A stretch of DNA of 64,000 bases from an uncultured bacterium (GTDB lineage: Bacteria; Eisenbacteria; RBG-16-71-46): contig CAYSWZ010000007.1 of NCBI GenBank assembly GCA_964434945.1, positions 12,593 to 76,592 on the forward strand, given 5' to 3'. Made by a program: the position numbers and the translations under genes. Under the pieces are notes generated by a model. The model ran no database searches. It was not told the DNA's origin and was given only the letters and a program-made list of their open reading frames with translations. Positions 1 to 11,370 of the stretch are shown here, one piece after another; positions within the stretch are counted from its first letter, which is position 1, and each line of letters begins with the position of its first letter.

Positions 1-129
1 GGGCTCTACCTCACCGCGGCGCTCACGTTCTACCGTGCCTTCCGCCTCACCCCCGAGACGCCCGCAGCGGAGCTGCGGCTCTCAGAGGAGGCGAAGGGCT
101 TGCGCGGAGACGGACCGGGCACGGAGTAG
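1..129 (+). CDS. 3' end of an upstream gene (partial; last 42 codons, ...RLSEEAKGLRGDGPGTE, TAG at 127-129)
   Basis: Frame 1 is open from the window edge to the TAG. Third-position GC bias matches the neighbouring genes. No family can be assigned. Confidence 0.3.
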   Translation, partial: GLYLTAALTFYRAFRLTPETPAAELRLSEEAKGLRGDGPGTE

Positions 130-257
130 CCCGGACGATTCCGAGGAATCATGGGGAAGCGGCGGGCCGCCCGTGACCCCGGGCCGCCGGGCGGCTATGG
201 TGGCGTGCGGCGACGGCGTGGCCCCAGGACGGGGCCCGATTCGGGAGGAGGGATCCC

Positions 258-653
258 ATGAAACGCTTGCTGCTGTTCGCCCTGATCGCCGCGGCCGCGT
301 GGTACGGCTGGAAGCACCACGACGAGCTGCGGATGCACGGCGCGCACCAGATCGTGGTCGTGAACCACACCGGAGCCGCCCTCGAGCGCGTCCGCATCGC
401 GGTCGCCGGGCAGGAGTTCGCGATCGAGGCGCTCGAGCCGGGCGCCAGCAAGGTGCTGCCGATGCGCAGCGAGCAGGACGGGGAGTTCGTGCTCAACTGG
501 AACGTGCGCGGGACCGAGGGCGACAAGCACTGGTCCGGCGGGGGCTTCACGCACGGGCCCGTGCCCATGCGCCACCATCTCGAATTCGTGGACGGGAACG
601 GCGTGGTGTGGGACAGCGAGCCGATCCCGGGCCGGACGCCGCGCGCTCCCTAG
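258..653 (+). CDS. hypothetical small membrane-anchored protein (131 aa)
   Basis: ATG at 258 is preceded by GGAGGAGG, a Shine-Dalgarno-like motif, at 243-250. The N-terminus is hydrophobic (LLLFALIAAAAWYGW) and the rest is soluble. No recognisable family. Confidence 0.45.
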   Translation: MKRLLLFALIAAAAWYGWKHHDELRMHGAHQIVVVNHTGAALERVRIAVAGQEFAIEALEPGASKVLPMRSEQDGEFVLNWNVRGTEGDKHWSGGGFTHGPVPMRHHLEFVDGNGVVWDSEPIPGRTPRAP

Positions 654-723
654 GCCCGGGTTTCGAACTCCCCGCGGGCGCGCGAAGTGCTCGACCGAAG
701 TCTCGCCCTCCGGCCCCGACGGA

Positions 724-2445
<1,722 letters not shown>

Positions 2446-2477
2446 GGGTCGAGGCTAGGCGCGGCCTCGCTCGATGG

Positions 2478-3214
2478 TCAACCGGGCTTGCGCGCCACCG
2501 CGATGTGCGCGAGCACCTCGCGCGGGTCGAAGAACAGCCGGTCCATGAACTCGAACCCCAGCTGCAGGATCACGTAGAGGAGCCGGACCGGGATCTCGGT
2601 GAGCACGCGCGTCGGGCCGTGGTTGATCCGCTGCAGCCCGGCAATGGTCGAGAGCCCCACGCGCGCCCACAGCCCGCCCACCGCAACGACCTCGAGCGGT
2701 TCGAACCCGGCGCGCTTCAGCAGGTGTTCCGCGCCGAAACGGGTGAAGCGGAAATAGTCGTGCGGCTCGTCGTGGAGCGGCACCATCTGCGTGAACTCGA
2801 GGATCAACACGCCGCCGGGCCGGAGCACCCGGTACGCCTCCTCGATCATGCGGAGCGGCTCGGGCAGGTACGTGAGCATGCTCAACCCGAGCACCGTGTC
2901 GAACGACGCGGCGCGGAACGGCTGCGCCTCGGCCGTGGCGAACGCGTCGGGCCGCGCGCCGGCCAGGTAGCGCGAGCCGGCGAGGTCGCTGCCCCAGTAG
3001 CGCCGCACCCGGCCGGCGAAGAGCGGCGCGAACGGTTTCGCGCCGCAGCCCACGTCGAGCAGATCCCCGCGCGCGTGGACGCGCACGCGCTCGAGCGCCG
3101 CGATGAGCTTGTGATTCGCGAGCCAGTTGAACTTCCATGGCGTGAAGCGGCCGGTGGCCCCGGAGGTGATCCGGCGCCACAGGCCGGCGCCGCGGGGCGC
3201 CGCCGATCCGCTCA
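2478..3214 (-). CDS. class I SAM-dependent methyltransferase (Methyltransf_11-like)
   Basis: Motif I LDVGCGAKP, plus ...RVLRPGGVLILEF... The GTG start at 3214-3212 overlaps the upstream gene's TGA (a GTGA overlap). The longer ORF-track N-terminus (to 3533) is rejected because it runs into the upstream gene. Confidence 0.75.
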
Positions 3215-4522
3215 CTCGCGCGTCCACTCGAGCACGTACTCGCCGAGGTTCACGCGCGCCTCGACCTGTCCCTGTTCCACGACCACTTCGGCCTTCGGGT
3301 CGTCGTGCGGCCCGACGAACCGCGTCCCCCGCACCCCCTCCGGCGCCGGGAACCGCAGGCCCTCCCGTGGCACGCCGTAGTGCCGCAGCAGCACCCCGCG
3401 CCCGGCCAGCTCGCGGACCGACCATCCGCGCTCGCACAGCTGGCGCACCTCGTGATCGGTCAGGAACACGGCGCCGTCGGCGCACAGTCGCCCGAGCAGC
3501 GCCGACAGCGCGGCACGTCCCGCGTTGGACCACGCGGCGTCCAGGTGCGCGTAGTTCATCCGATGCGTGCTGATCACCGCCGGCCGGCCCTGGCTCCAGG
3601 CCGCGCGCGCGGCGTGGTGCGCGGCCTCGAGCCCGCGGCGGCCGGGCGCCGAGGCGTCGCCGGTGGGCTCGAACGCGATGCGCGGCGGCATGTAGAAGCG
3701 CTCGCCCTCGCGCTGCGGGAAGCGCATGCCGAGCCAGCGGCGACGCAGCGGCGACAGCACGCGCCCCGCCTGCTCAGCCTTGCCCTGGAACGTCGAGAGC
3801 CCGACCGCCTCGGCCAGCTGCTCGAACCAGTCGTCGAACCGGTAGTCGGGAGGGCAGCACGAGGTGGGGGCGCGGCCGAACACGAGCCGGAACACGTGCA
3901 GGGCCTTGCGCAGGTTCTCCGCCCGCAGCTCACGCGGCTCGCTCGCGTCGAACTCGCCGCTCGCCTCGACCGCCAGGCCGATCGGACTCTGCTGCTCGTG
4001 CGCGCGGCGCGCGTCGTCCTGGCCGCGGCGCAGCGCATTCAGCCACGCCGACTCGGGCAGGTGGTGGAGCCCGTGCAGCTCCGCCCACCACACGCCGTCC
4101 GCATCGGCCTTGCGCACCGCGTCCCACATGCCGGGGCGGGCCCAGCGGGCGGGGAACCCGGGCGCCGGCACGAGCGGCAGCTCCTCCACCTCGAACAACG
4201 GCGGGTGAAGCGCCGCGTAATCCGGGTTGGCGACGATGGTGTTGGCCTGCCAGACGGGGGGAAGGCCGTCGCCGCCGCGCCAGCCGAGCAGGACATCCGC
4301 GAGTTCCCGCACGTCGTCGGCCGTCTCGAGCGTCGAGCGGCCGTAGCGAAGCCCTGCGTCGGTGCGGAAGGCCGGCAGGTGGGCCAGCGCGCGGTGCGCA
4401 CGGTCGTCGGGAACCCAGGCGCACAATCCCCAATCATCGCTTTCCAACACCACCGCCTTGAGGCGGTGCCAATCGAGGTTCACGCGCGGCTCCCGGGCTC
4501 CAAAGGGCTTGGAGCATAGCAT
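3212..4522 (-). CDS. hypothetical 436-aa protein (possibly a deacetylase/glycoside-hydrolase-like fold)
   Basis: ATG at 4522-4520. The 873-aa ORF-track version is rejected because its N-terminal half is antisense to the convergent metalloprotease gene. Motifs VLESDDWG, STHRMNYAH and CCPPDYRFDDW are present. No signal peptide. Translationally coupled to the methyltransferase. Confidence 0.5.
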   Translation of the reverse strand: MLCSKPFGAREPRVNLDWHRLKAVVLESDDWGLCAWVPDDRAHRALAHLPAFRTDAGLRYGRSTLETADDVRELADVLLGWRGGDGLPPVWQANTIVANPDYAALHPPLFEVEELPLVPAPGFPARWARPGMWDAVRKADADGVWWAELHGLHHLPESAWLNALRRGQDDARRAHEQQSPIGLAVEASGEFDASEPRELRAENLRKALHVFRLVFGRAPTSCCPPDYRFDDWFEQLAEAVGLSTFQGKAEQAGRVLSPLRRRWLGMRFPQREGERFYMPPRIAFEPTGDASAPGRRGLEAAHHAARAAWSQGRPAVISTHRMNYAHLDAAWSNAGRAALSALLGRLCADGAVFLTDHEVRQLCERGWSVRELAGRGVLLRHYGVPREGLRFPAPEGVRGTRFVGPHDDPKAEVVVEQGQVEARVNLGEYVLEWTRE

Positions 4523-4567
4523 TCTCACTGGTCGCGGCACGACCCCGCCCGCTACCATGGATGCACC

Positions 4568-7300
4568 GTGCCCTTCCCCTTCCGACCGCCGCCGGCCGCG
4601 GCCCGGCGTACGCGTGCCCTCGCGTGCGCCACGTTCGCCGTGCTGGGCGCCTGCGCTGCCGGTGTGTTCGCCGCCCCGCTCCCGCGCACGCGCCCGCTGC
4701 CGCCGCCCCTCGCGCCGCTCGTGCCCGCGCGCGCGAGTTCCGCGGCGTCGGCGCTCGAACGGGCGTGCGGTGCGAACGTGGATGCGCTGCCCGAGGCGTA
4801 CACCGCGATGGCCGAGCACCTGGCGCTCGCGGGCCCTGCGCTCCCGACCTCCTACTCGCTCGACGCCGGGGCGATCGCCGTGCTGGAGGACGACGGCACG
4901 TTCTTCTTCACGGACAAGAACGGCAACGCGAACCTCGACGTCGCCGCCACAGGGCGCGCGTTCTACCGCACGCACGGCGACGACTATGACGTGCTGGCGC
5001 TGTATCTCGCGAGCGGCCTCAACAACTGGCTCGGCTCCCCCACCTCGCTGGCAGCCGCCTGGCTCACGCGGAACGCGATCTCCGGCATCGGGCTCGACCT
5101 CTTCGACGACAACACCTCGCTCGGCCTCCCGCCTCGGGTGCAGACCGTCCTCACCATGAACGGCCTGCAGCACTACCCCGACGATCCCGCCGCCGAGGTT
5201 CCGGGGCTGCCCCACTACGTGACCCAGGACGTGCTCGCGCACGAGTTCGGGCACCACTGGCTCGCGTACCCATTGGTGGAGGACAGCACGGGCCCCTCGA
5301 TGAACCTGCTGGGACGCGCGCACCAGCACTGGAGCTTCTTCTTCGACGCCGACGGCTCGGTCATGGAGGGCGCGGACTGGCAGGCGGTGGAGCCGGACTC
5401 GTTCGTGATGCTCGAGCCCATCACCCGGTACGGCCCGGTGGACCAGTACCTGATGGGTGTGCGCGCGCGCGACGAGGTGGACACCTTCTTCGTGGTCTCC
5501 GACACGGCGACGTTCAACCCGCCCGGCCCCTACCTCCCGATCAGCGATCCGAGTCCGGGTATCGGTGCGCGGGGGGCGGCCACCCGTTACGGGATCGGCG
5601 CGCTCGAGGCGGCGAACGGACCGCGCAGCCCGGACGCGGCCGGCAGTCCGCACCAGATTCGGGTGGCGTTCGCGCTGATCGTTCCGCACGGAAGCCCCGC
5701 CGACCCGGCCGACCTCGCCAAGCTGGAAACCATCCGCGCCGCGTTCCCCGGCACGGTCTCGCAGTATTCCGGCGGCCGCATGACGCTCGACGCCTCGCTC
5801 GACTCGCGCGCCGGGTACCTGAAGCTCGAGCACACCGGACTCCCCGACACCGAGACGCCGAACGAACCGGTGAACGTCGGGCTCCAGGTGACGGTGGTGC
5901 AGGCCGGCATCCCGATCACGGTCCGCCCGGACGGCGTCCAGCTCTTCTGGAGGACCGACGCCGGCGCGTCATGGAGCGCCTTACCCATGGCGCCCGTGTC
6001 CGCCGACTCGTTCACCACGGTGCTGCCCGGCTACCCGGAGGGCACGACGCTCCAGTACTGGTTTCGCGCCCTGAGCGATTCGGCGGGCCTCTTCACCGAC
6101 CTGCCGGAGCTCTCCCGAAGCCTGCCGTTCGCGTTTCACACCGGGCCCGACACCACGCCGCCCCGAATCGTCCACGTCCCCGTGCTCGGGCAGTCGAGCG
6201 ACCGCCTGCCCCAGCCCTTGCTCGCCCGGGTCACCGACAATCTCGGCGTGGATTCGGTGTGGTGCGAGTACTCGCTGGCGGGAGGTCCGCAGCAGTCGCT
6301 CGCCGCAACGCCCGTCGGGCGCGACTCGTTCCAGGTCTCGCTCGGCGGCGGCGCCCCGCGCGGCTCGTGGATCGCGTACCGTTTCGCCGCGCGCGACCGG
6401 GCGGTCGCGGGCAACATCGGATACTCGAACCCGGCATTCGACACGCTGCGCGTGGGCCACGACATCGTCGACGATTTCTGGAATCCCAGCCCGTGGTTCC
6501 ACGCGAACGTCCGCTTCAACCGCAGGGACGAATGGCACCTGGTCGAGAACCCCTCGTCGCCCGCCGGCACGACGGCGTGGCACTGCGGAAACGATTCGCT
6601 CCCCTACGGCCCCTACCAGGATGCGGCGCTCACGAGCGGGCTCGTCTACGACATCGTGCCGGGCTGCATCCTCACGTTCATGCACCGCTACGACCTCGAG
6701 GCCACCTCCGCGACCGACGCGTCGGACGGCGCCCGGGTCGAGATCGCGTCGTCCGACGGCACGTGGCAGCCCGCGACACCGGCGAGCGGCTACACGCACC
6801 TGATGATGCCGAGCGACCAGGGATTGCCACAGGGCGCGCCGTGCTGGAGCGGCCGGCGCGACGACTGGCACGGGGAGCAGATCGACCTCTCGCCCTACGC
6901 TCCCGGTCCCATTCGCGTCCGCTTCCGGATGAGCACCGACCTGTTCGTGGGTCGCGGCGGCTGGTGGGTGGACGACGTGCGCATCCACTTCCCCGACCAG
7001 CCCACGACGGGCGTCCCGGGCACGGGCGCGCTCCGCGTGGAACTGGGCCCCCTGTCGCCGAACCCGGCGAGCGGCCCGCTCCAGCAATCGCTCCGCCTGC
7101 CGCGCGCGGCGAATGTGGAGTGGACGCTCTACGACCTCGCCGGGCGCCGCGTCGCGAGCCTGTGGCGCGGCGTGTTGCCGGCGGGTGCGCACGAACTCCG
7201 CGGGGAGCTCCCGCGCTCACTCGCGGGCGGGCTCTACTTCTCGCGAGTTCGCGTCGGGGGATGGAACGCGCCCGTGCGGCGGGTCGCCCTCGTTCGCTGA
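4568..7300 (+). CDS. secreted zinc metalloprotease (HEXXH zincin, M6/immune-inhibitor-A-like) with a C-terminal FlgD-Ig/T9SS-type sorting domain
   Basis: GTG start, then a signal peptide (RTRALACATFAVLGACAAGVFA). Catalytic motif VLAHEFGHHW. The C-terminal ~70 aa (...LYDLAGRRVASLWRGVLPAGAHELRGE...GGLYFSRVRVGG...) matches the Por-secretion-tail / FlgD-Ig pattern. Confidence 0.7.
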   Translation: MPFPFRPPPAAARRTRALACATFAVLGACAAGVFAAPLPRTRPLPPPLAPLVPARASSAASALERACGANVDALPEAYTAMAEHLALAGPALPTSYSLDAGAIAVLEDDGTFFFTDKNGNANLDVAATGRAFYRTHGDDYDVLALYLASGLNNWLGSPTSLAAAWLTRNAISGIGLDLFDDNTSLGLPPRVQTVLTMNGLQHYPDDPAAEVPGLPHYVTQDVLAHEFGHHWLAYPLVEDSTGPSMNLLGRAHQHWSFFFDADGSVMEGADWQAVEPDSFVMLEPITRYGPVDQYLMGVRARDEVDTFFVVSDTATFNPPGPYLPISDPSPGIGARGAATRYGIGALEAANGPRSPDAAGSPHQIRVAFALIVPHGSPADPADLAKLETIRAAFPGTVSQYSGGRMTLDASLDSRAGYLKLEHTGLPDTETPNEPVNVGLQVTVVQAGIPITVRPDGVQLFWRTDAGASWSALPMAPVSADSFTTVLPGYPEGTTLQYWFRALSDSAGLFTDLPELSRSLPFAFHTGPDTTPPRIVHVPVLGQSSDRLPQPLLARVTDNLGVDSVWCEYSLAGGPQQSLAATPVGRDSFQVSLGGGAPRGSWIAYRFAARDRAVAGNIGYSNPAFDTLRVGHDIVDDFWNPSPWFHANVRFNRRDEWHLVENPSSPAGTTAWHCGNDSLPYGPYQDAALTSGLVYDIVPGCILTFMHRYDLEATSATDASDGARVEIASSDGTWQPATPASGYTHLMMPSDQGLPQGAPCWSGRRDDWHGEQIDLSPYAPGPIRVRFRMSTDLFVGRGGWWVDDVRIHFPDQPTTGVPGTGALRVELGPLSPNPASGPLQQSLRLPRAANVEWTLYDLAGRRVASLWRGVLPAGAHELRGELPRSLAGGLYFSRVRVGGWNAPVRRVALVR

Positions 7301-7310
7301 CCCGGCCCGC

Positions 7311-8528
7311 TCACTCGTAGCGCAGCGAATCGATGACGTCCAGGTAGGCCGCGCGGCGCGCCGGGTACCAGCCGAAGAACACACCCACCAGCGAGGCGAA
7401 CCCGAGCGCCAGCAGCACGACCTGCGGCTGCACCTGCGTGGGCCAGCGGGCGATGTTCGTGATCACCTTGGCGGCGGTCACGCCGATCGTTACGCCGAGG
7501 ATCCCGCCGGCGAACGAAAGGAAACAGGCTTCGGTGAGGAACTGGAGCAGGATGTCGTGACGGCGTGCCCCCATGGCGCGCCGGATGCCGATCTCGCGCG
7601 TGCGCTCGGTGACCGACACCAGCATGATGTTCATGATGCCGATTCCGCCGACCAGCAGCGACACGGCGGCGATGCTCGCGAGCAGCGTCGTCATGACCTT
7701 GCTCGTGCTCTCGGCGGTGGTCTGCATCTCGAGCTGCGTGAACATGAAGAAGTCGTCGTCCGCCCCGGGCCGGATGTGATGGCGCTGGCGGAGCAGCTCC
7801 GAGATCTGCTGCACGGCCACCGGCACGGCCGCCTCGCTCACCGCCGAGACCGCGATGTTCTGCACGTAGGTGATGCCGAGGATCTTCCGTTGCGCCGTGG
7901 TGTAGGGAACCAGCACGACATCGTCCTGGTCGCCGCCCATGGTCTGCCCGCCCTTGTAAGCCAGCACGCCCACGACCTTGAACGGCACGTCCTTGATGCG
8001 CACCACCTGCCCGACCGGAGTCGCGCTCCCGAACAGCTGCTCCTTCACCTTGGAGCCCAGCACCGCGACCTTCGCCGCGCCGCGGACGTCGGCGTCGCTG
8101 AACATGCCGCCGTCGTCGACCGCCCACTGCCGGATGTCCAGGAACTCGGCCGTCGTGCCCTGGATGGTCGTGCCCCAGTTCATGTTGCCGGCCACCACCT
8201 GGGCGCCGCGCCGCACCATGGGCGCGACCGCGACGACCGCGGGACACTCCTTCCGGATCGCGTCCGCGTCGTCCGCGGTGAGCGTGGTGATGCCACCCAT
8301 GCCCATGCGCACGCCGCCGGCCGTGACCGTGCCGGGGATGACCGTGAGCGTGTTGGCCCCGAGCGCGCGGATCTGCGCCTGCACCGCGTCGCGCGCCCCC
8401 TGCCCGATCGCGAGCGTGGCGATCACGGCCGCGACGCCGATGACGATGCCGAGCACGGTGAGCGCCGAGCGCATGCGATTGCGCGCCAGCGCCTGCGCGC
8501 CGAGTTCGAGGAGCACGCGGGCGTTCAC
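7311..8528 (-). CDS. ABC transporter permease, FtsX/MacB-type (permease only, no ATPase domain)
   Basis: 405 aa. N-terminal TM segment, a large periplasmic domain, then three C-terminal TM segments (...LLVGGIGIMNIMLVSVTERTREIGIRRAMGA...), as in FtsX, DevC and MacB permeases. Confidence 0.85.
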   Translation of the reverse strand: MNARVLLELGAQALARNRMRSALTVLGIVIGVAAVIATLAIGQGARDAVQAQIRALGANTLTVIPGTVTAGGVRMGMGGITTLTADDADAIRKECPAVVAVAPMVRRGAQVVAGNMNWGTTIQGTTAEFLDIRQWAVDDGGMFSDADVRGAAKVAVLGSKVKEQLFGSATPVGQVVRIKDVPFKVVGVLAYKGGQTMGGDQDDVVLVPYTTAQRKILGITYVQNIAVSAVSEAAVPVAVQQISELLRQRHHIRPGADDDFFMFTQLEMQTTAESTSKVMTTLLASIAAVSLLVGGIGIMNIMLVSVTERTREIGIRRAMGARRHDILLQFLTEACFLSFAGGILGVTIGVTAAKVITNIARWPTQVQPQVVLLALGFASLVGVFFGWYPARRAAYLDVIDSLRYE

Positions 8529-10060
8529 CTCCGGCCTCCCGGGCCGCGGAACTGCGGGCCGCCCATGCCCGGGGGCGGCTGGAGCTGCGTGGCCCGCGAA
8601 GCGTTGCCGAGCTCGATCGCGAGAATGACGACGTCCCCCGCCTTGAGCTCATCCGAATGTATCTCGGTCATGCTGCCATCGGTGATGCCGGTCAGGACGT
8701 GGATCGGGAAGGGTTTGCCGTCGCGCAGGACGTAGAGCATGCCCGGCTTGAGCGAGCTGGCCGTGCCCGCCTCCACTCCGGCGCGCAGGCTGTCCGCGCC
8801 GCGCCCGCCGTGCATCCCACCCGGCATCTCGCCGCGACCGCCACGCCCCCAGCGAGTTCCCACGCTCGCGGAGTCCTCGCGTCCGCCCGCCATCCCGCCC
8901 GTTGGCCCGCCGTGCGGGCGATGTCCCCAGCGACCTCCCGCGCTCGCGGAGTCGCCGGCCGCGGCGGGCTGCTGCGCCTGGGCCTCGCGCACCGGCGTCA
9001 GCGCCGAGCCCATGCCCGCGAAGCCACGCCGGCCGCCGGCCGCGCCGCCCGGTGCACCGCCCCCGCCGCCGGCGCCGCTCCTGCCGCCTCCCGGGCCGCC
9101 GCCGTTCCCGCCGCCATTGCCAGCGCCCGGGGGCCGGAACCGGAGTGCGGCATTCGCCACCTTGAGCACGTCCTTCCGCGTCTCCACCAGCACGGTGACG
9201 TTGGCCGTCATGCCCGGACGCAACCGGAGGTCGTCGTTCCCCGTCCGCATCACCGTCGTGTACGTGACCACGTTCTGGTCGATGATCGGCTCCAGCCGCA
9301 CCTGGGACACGCTGCCCTCGAACGTCACGTCGGGGAACGCGTCCACCGTGAAGCGCACCGGCAGCCCGGGACGGATGCGGCCGATGTCGGCCTCGTCGAT
9401 GCGCGTCTCGACCTGCATCTGTGTCAGGTCGTTCGCGATCACGAACAGCTCCGGAGCCTGCAGGCTCGCGGCCACGGTCTGGCCGACGTCCACCTGGCGC
9501 GAGATCACCACGCCGTCGATGGGCGAGTGGATGGTGGTGTGCTCGAGGTCGAGCCGTGCCGAGCGAAGCTGGGCATTGGCCTGCATGAGGTCGGCCTTCC
9601 GCTGGTCCACCACCGCCTCGGCGGCGTCCACATCCGCCTGCGCGACGTAGTTGCCCTTCAGGAGTTCCAGCGAGCGCGAGTACTGGCGCTGGCCGTCCTT
9701 CAACGCGGCCTCGGCGTGCGCCACCGTGGCTTCCGCCTGCGCGACACGCGTCTGGAAGCTGGACGGCTCGATCTGGGCGAGGACCTCGCCGGAGCGCACG
9801 CGCGAGTTGTAGTCCGCGTGCAGCGCGCTGATCGTGCCGCTCACCTGCGTCCCGACCTGGACCTGGACGACCGGCCGCACGCTGCCGGTGGCCGAGACCG
9901 TCGCGGTCAGGTCGCCCTGCTCGATCGTCGTGGTCCGGTAGCGGGGCGCCTCGCCGTGAGCGCGTATCTTCATGAACCACAGCGCTGCGGCGACCAGCAC
10001 GACGGCGCCCCCGATGAGGGCGATGCGCGAACGGCTCACGAGCGGCTCCTTGGCGAACAC
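8525..10060 (-). CDS. efflux transporter periplasmic adaptor subunit (HlyD/MacA family) carrying a ~140-aa Gly-rich low-complexity insertion
   Basis: N-terminal TM anchor, coiled-coil hairpin, and the adaptor motifs ...VSATGSVRP...VGTQVSGTI.... Its stop overlaps the permease start. Confidence 0.85.
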   Translation of the reverse strand: MFAKEPLVSRSRIALIGGAVVLVAAALWFMKIRAHGEAPRYRTTTIEQGDLTATVSATGSVRPVVQVQVGTQVSGTISALHADYNSRVRSGEVLAQIEPSSFQTRVAQAEATVAHAEAALKDGQRQYSRSLELLKGNYVAQADVDAAEAVVDQRKADLMQANAQLRSARLDLEHTTIHSPIDGVVISRQVDVGQTVAASLQAPELFVIANDLTQMQVETRIDEADIGRIRPGLPVRFTVDAFPDVTFEGSVSQVRLEPIIDQNVVTYTTVMRTGNDDLRLRPGMTANVTVLVETRKDVLKVANAALRFRPPGAGNGGGNGGGPGGGRSGAGGGGGAPGGAAGGRRGFAGMGSALTPVREAQAQQPAAAGDSASAGGRWGHRPHGGPTGGMAGGREDSASVGTRWGRGGRGEMPGGMHGGRGADSLRAGVEAGTASSLKPGMLYVLRDGKPFPIHVLTGITDGSMTEIHSDELKAGDVVILAIELGNASRATQLQPPPGMGGPQFRGPGGRR

Positions 10061-10246
10061 GGGGGATTCGGGCCGCGCACACCGCGCGACCGGACGGGCG
10101 AACGGACTCTACCGCCTCGACGGACGGACGATAGTCGCACACGGTCCCCCCGGCCAGCCCGCGCGCATCGACGAACGCCGTCGCACGCGCCCCGAGCGTG
10201 CGCCCGGGTCAGGAACTCGCCAAGCCGAGCCGGAGCGGGTCGCGGC

Positions 10247-10891
10247 TCACCCGAGCCCGTGCTCCAGCGCCGCTCCGAGCTCGGCGAGCTTCCTGTCGAA
10301 GAAATGGCTCGCCCCCTCGACCAGCTCGAGGCGCTTGGGCTCGGCCCAGGTCGGGAATACGCGCGCGAGGTTCTCGGGCTTGCACACGTCATCGGCCGTG
10401 CCCTGCACCACGAGCTTCGGGACCGGACAGGTGCGCATCTCCTCGAACGTCTGCGTGTGCACGCCCGGCGCGACCATGATGAGCTGCGCCACGGCGGACT
10501 CCGAGGCGGCGACGCGCGAGGCGACCCACGCGCCGAACGAGAAGCCCGCGACCCAGACGCGCGCGGCCGGGTGCCGACGCCGCAGCCAGTCCAGCGCCAC
10601 CAGCGCGTCGTCGCGCTCGCCGCGCCCGCGGTCGTGAACCCCCGCGCTCTTCCCCACCCCGCGGAAGTTGAATCGCAGCACCGTCCCGCCGCGGGCGAAC
10701 AGCGTCGCCGCCACGCGATGCGTGACCTTGTTGTGCAGCGTGCCGCCGTAGAGCGGATGCGGGTGGCAGACGAGCGCGACGAACCCCGGCTCCGCGCCCG
10801 CGCGCTCCTGGAGCAGCCCCTCGATGTGCCCGGCCGGGCCCTGGAGCTCCAGCGGCACCAGCTGTGAGACCGGGGTGTGCGGCCCGCTCAC
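10247..10891 (-). CDS. alpha/beta hydrolase (dienelactone-hydrolase-like)
   Basis: GFSFGAW nucleophile elbow, plus ...HPLYGGTLHNKV... The GTG start at 10891-10889 overlaps the upstream TGA. Confidence 0.7.
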   Translation of the reverse strand: MSGPHTPVSQLVPLELQGPAGHIEGLLQERAGAEPGFVALVCHPHPLYGGTLHNKVTHRVAATLFARGGTVLRFNFRGVGKSAGVHDRGRGERDDALVALDWLRRRHPAARVWVAGFSFGAWVASRVAASESAVAQLIMVAPGVHTQTFEEMRTCPVPKLVVQGTADDVCKPENLARVFPTWAEPKRLELVEGASHFFDRKLAELGAALEHGLG

Positions 10892-11370
10892 CGGCGCGCC
10901 GGCTTGAAGCGGCCGGCCAGGCGCTCGTGCAGCTCGCGCGAGGGCGTGGCGTAGTTGAGTCCCCCGCCGTCCCCCAGCGCCAGCACGCAGCGGGTCTCGA
11001 GCATCCAGTCCTCGAGCCCGAGCGGCAGCCCTTCGCGGAAATCCGTCAGGTCGCCGGACACGCGCGCGGGGAACGGCTCGAACTCGTCGTTCCACTCCAC
11101 CGCGAAGAACACCTCGTCGCCTCCCGCGAGCAGGCCGGCCCCGGAACACTTCTCCATCTCGCCCGGCTCGACGAGCAGCGTGCCGCGGTGCTCGCGCGGC
11201 CGGATGCCCTCGGCGCGCAGGCGGCGACGGACCGCCGGTTCCTCGCCGGGACGCTCCTGTCCCTCGAGCACGGAGATGGCCGCGAGTTCGTAGTGCGGGA
11301 GCAGGTCGACGGCGTCCACCACCTCGGACACCGTGGCGTGGAGGCGGCCGAAGTAGATGCGTTCGGTCAC
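10888..11370 (-). CDS. hypothetical protein (~160 aa)
   Basis: Acidic and GC3-biased. Coupled by a GTGA overlap to the hydrolase. The N-terminal half of the ORF-track version is Pro/Ala/Arg junk, so the start is placed at the internal GTG. Confidence 0.4.
   Translation of the reverse strand: MTERIYFGRLHATVSEVVDAVDLLPHYELAAISVLEGQERPGEEPAVRRRLRAEGIRPREHRGTLLVEPGEMEKCSGAGLLAGGDEVFFAVEWNDEFEPFPARVSGDLTDFREGLPLGLEDWMLETRCVLALGDGGGLNYATPSRELHERLAGRFKPARR

Noticed and set aside
3212-5833. The 873-aa minus-strand ORF and the 351-aa version of the methyltransferase (2478..3533).
   Set aside because: The N-terminal extensions are antisense to the convergent metalloprotease gene or run into the upstream gene. 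Internal ATG or GTG starts that create GTGA overlaps give proteins of normal length with sensible N-termini.
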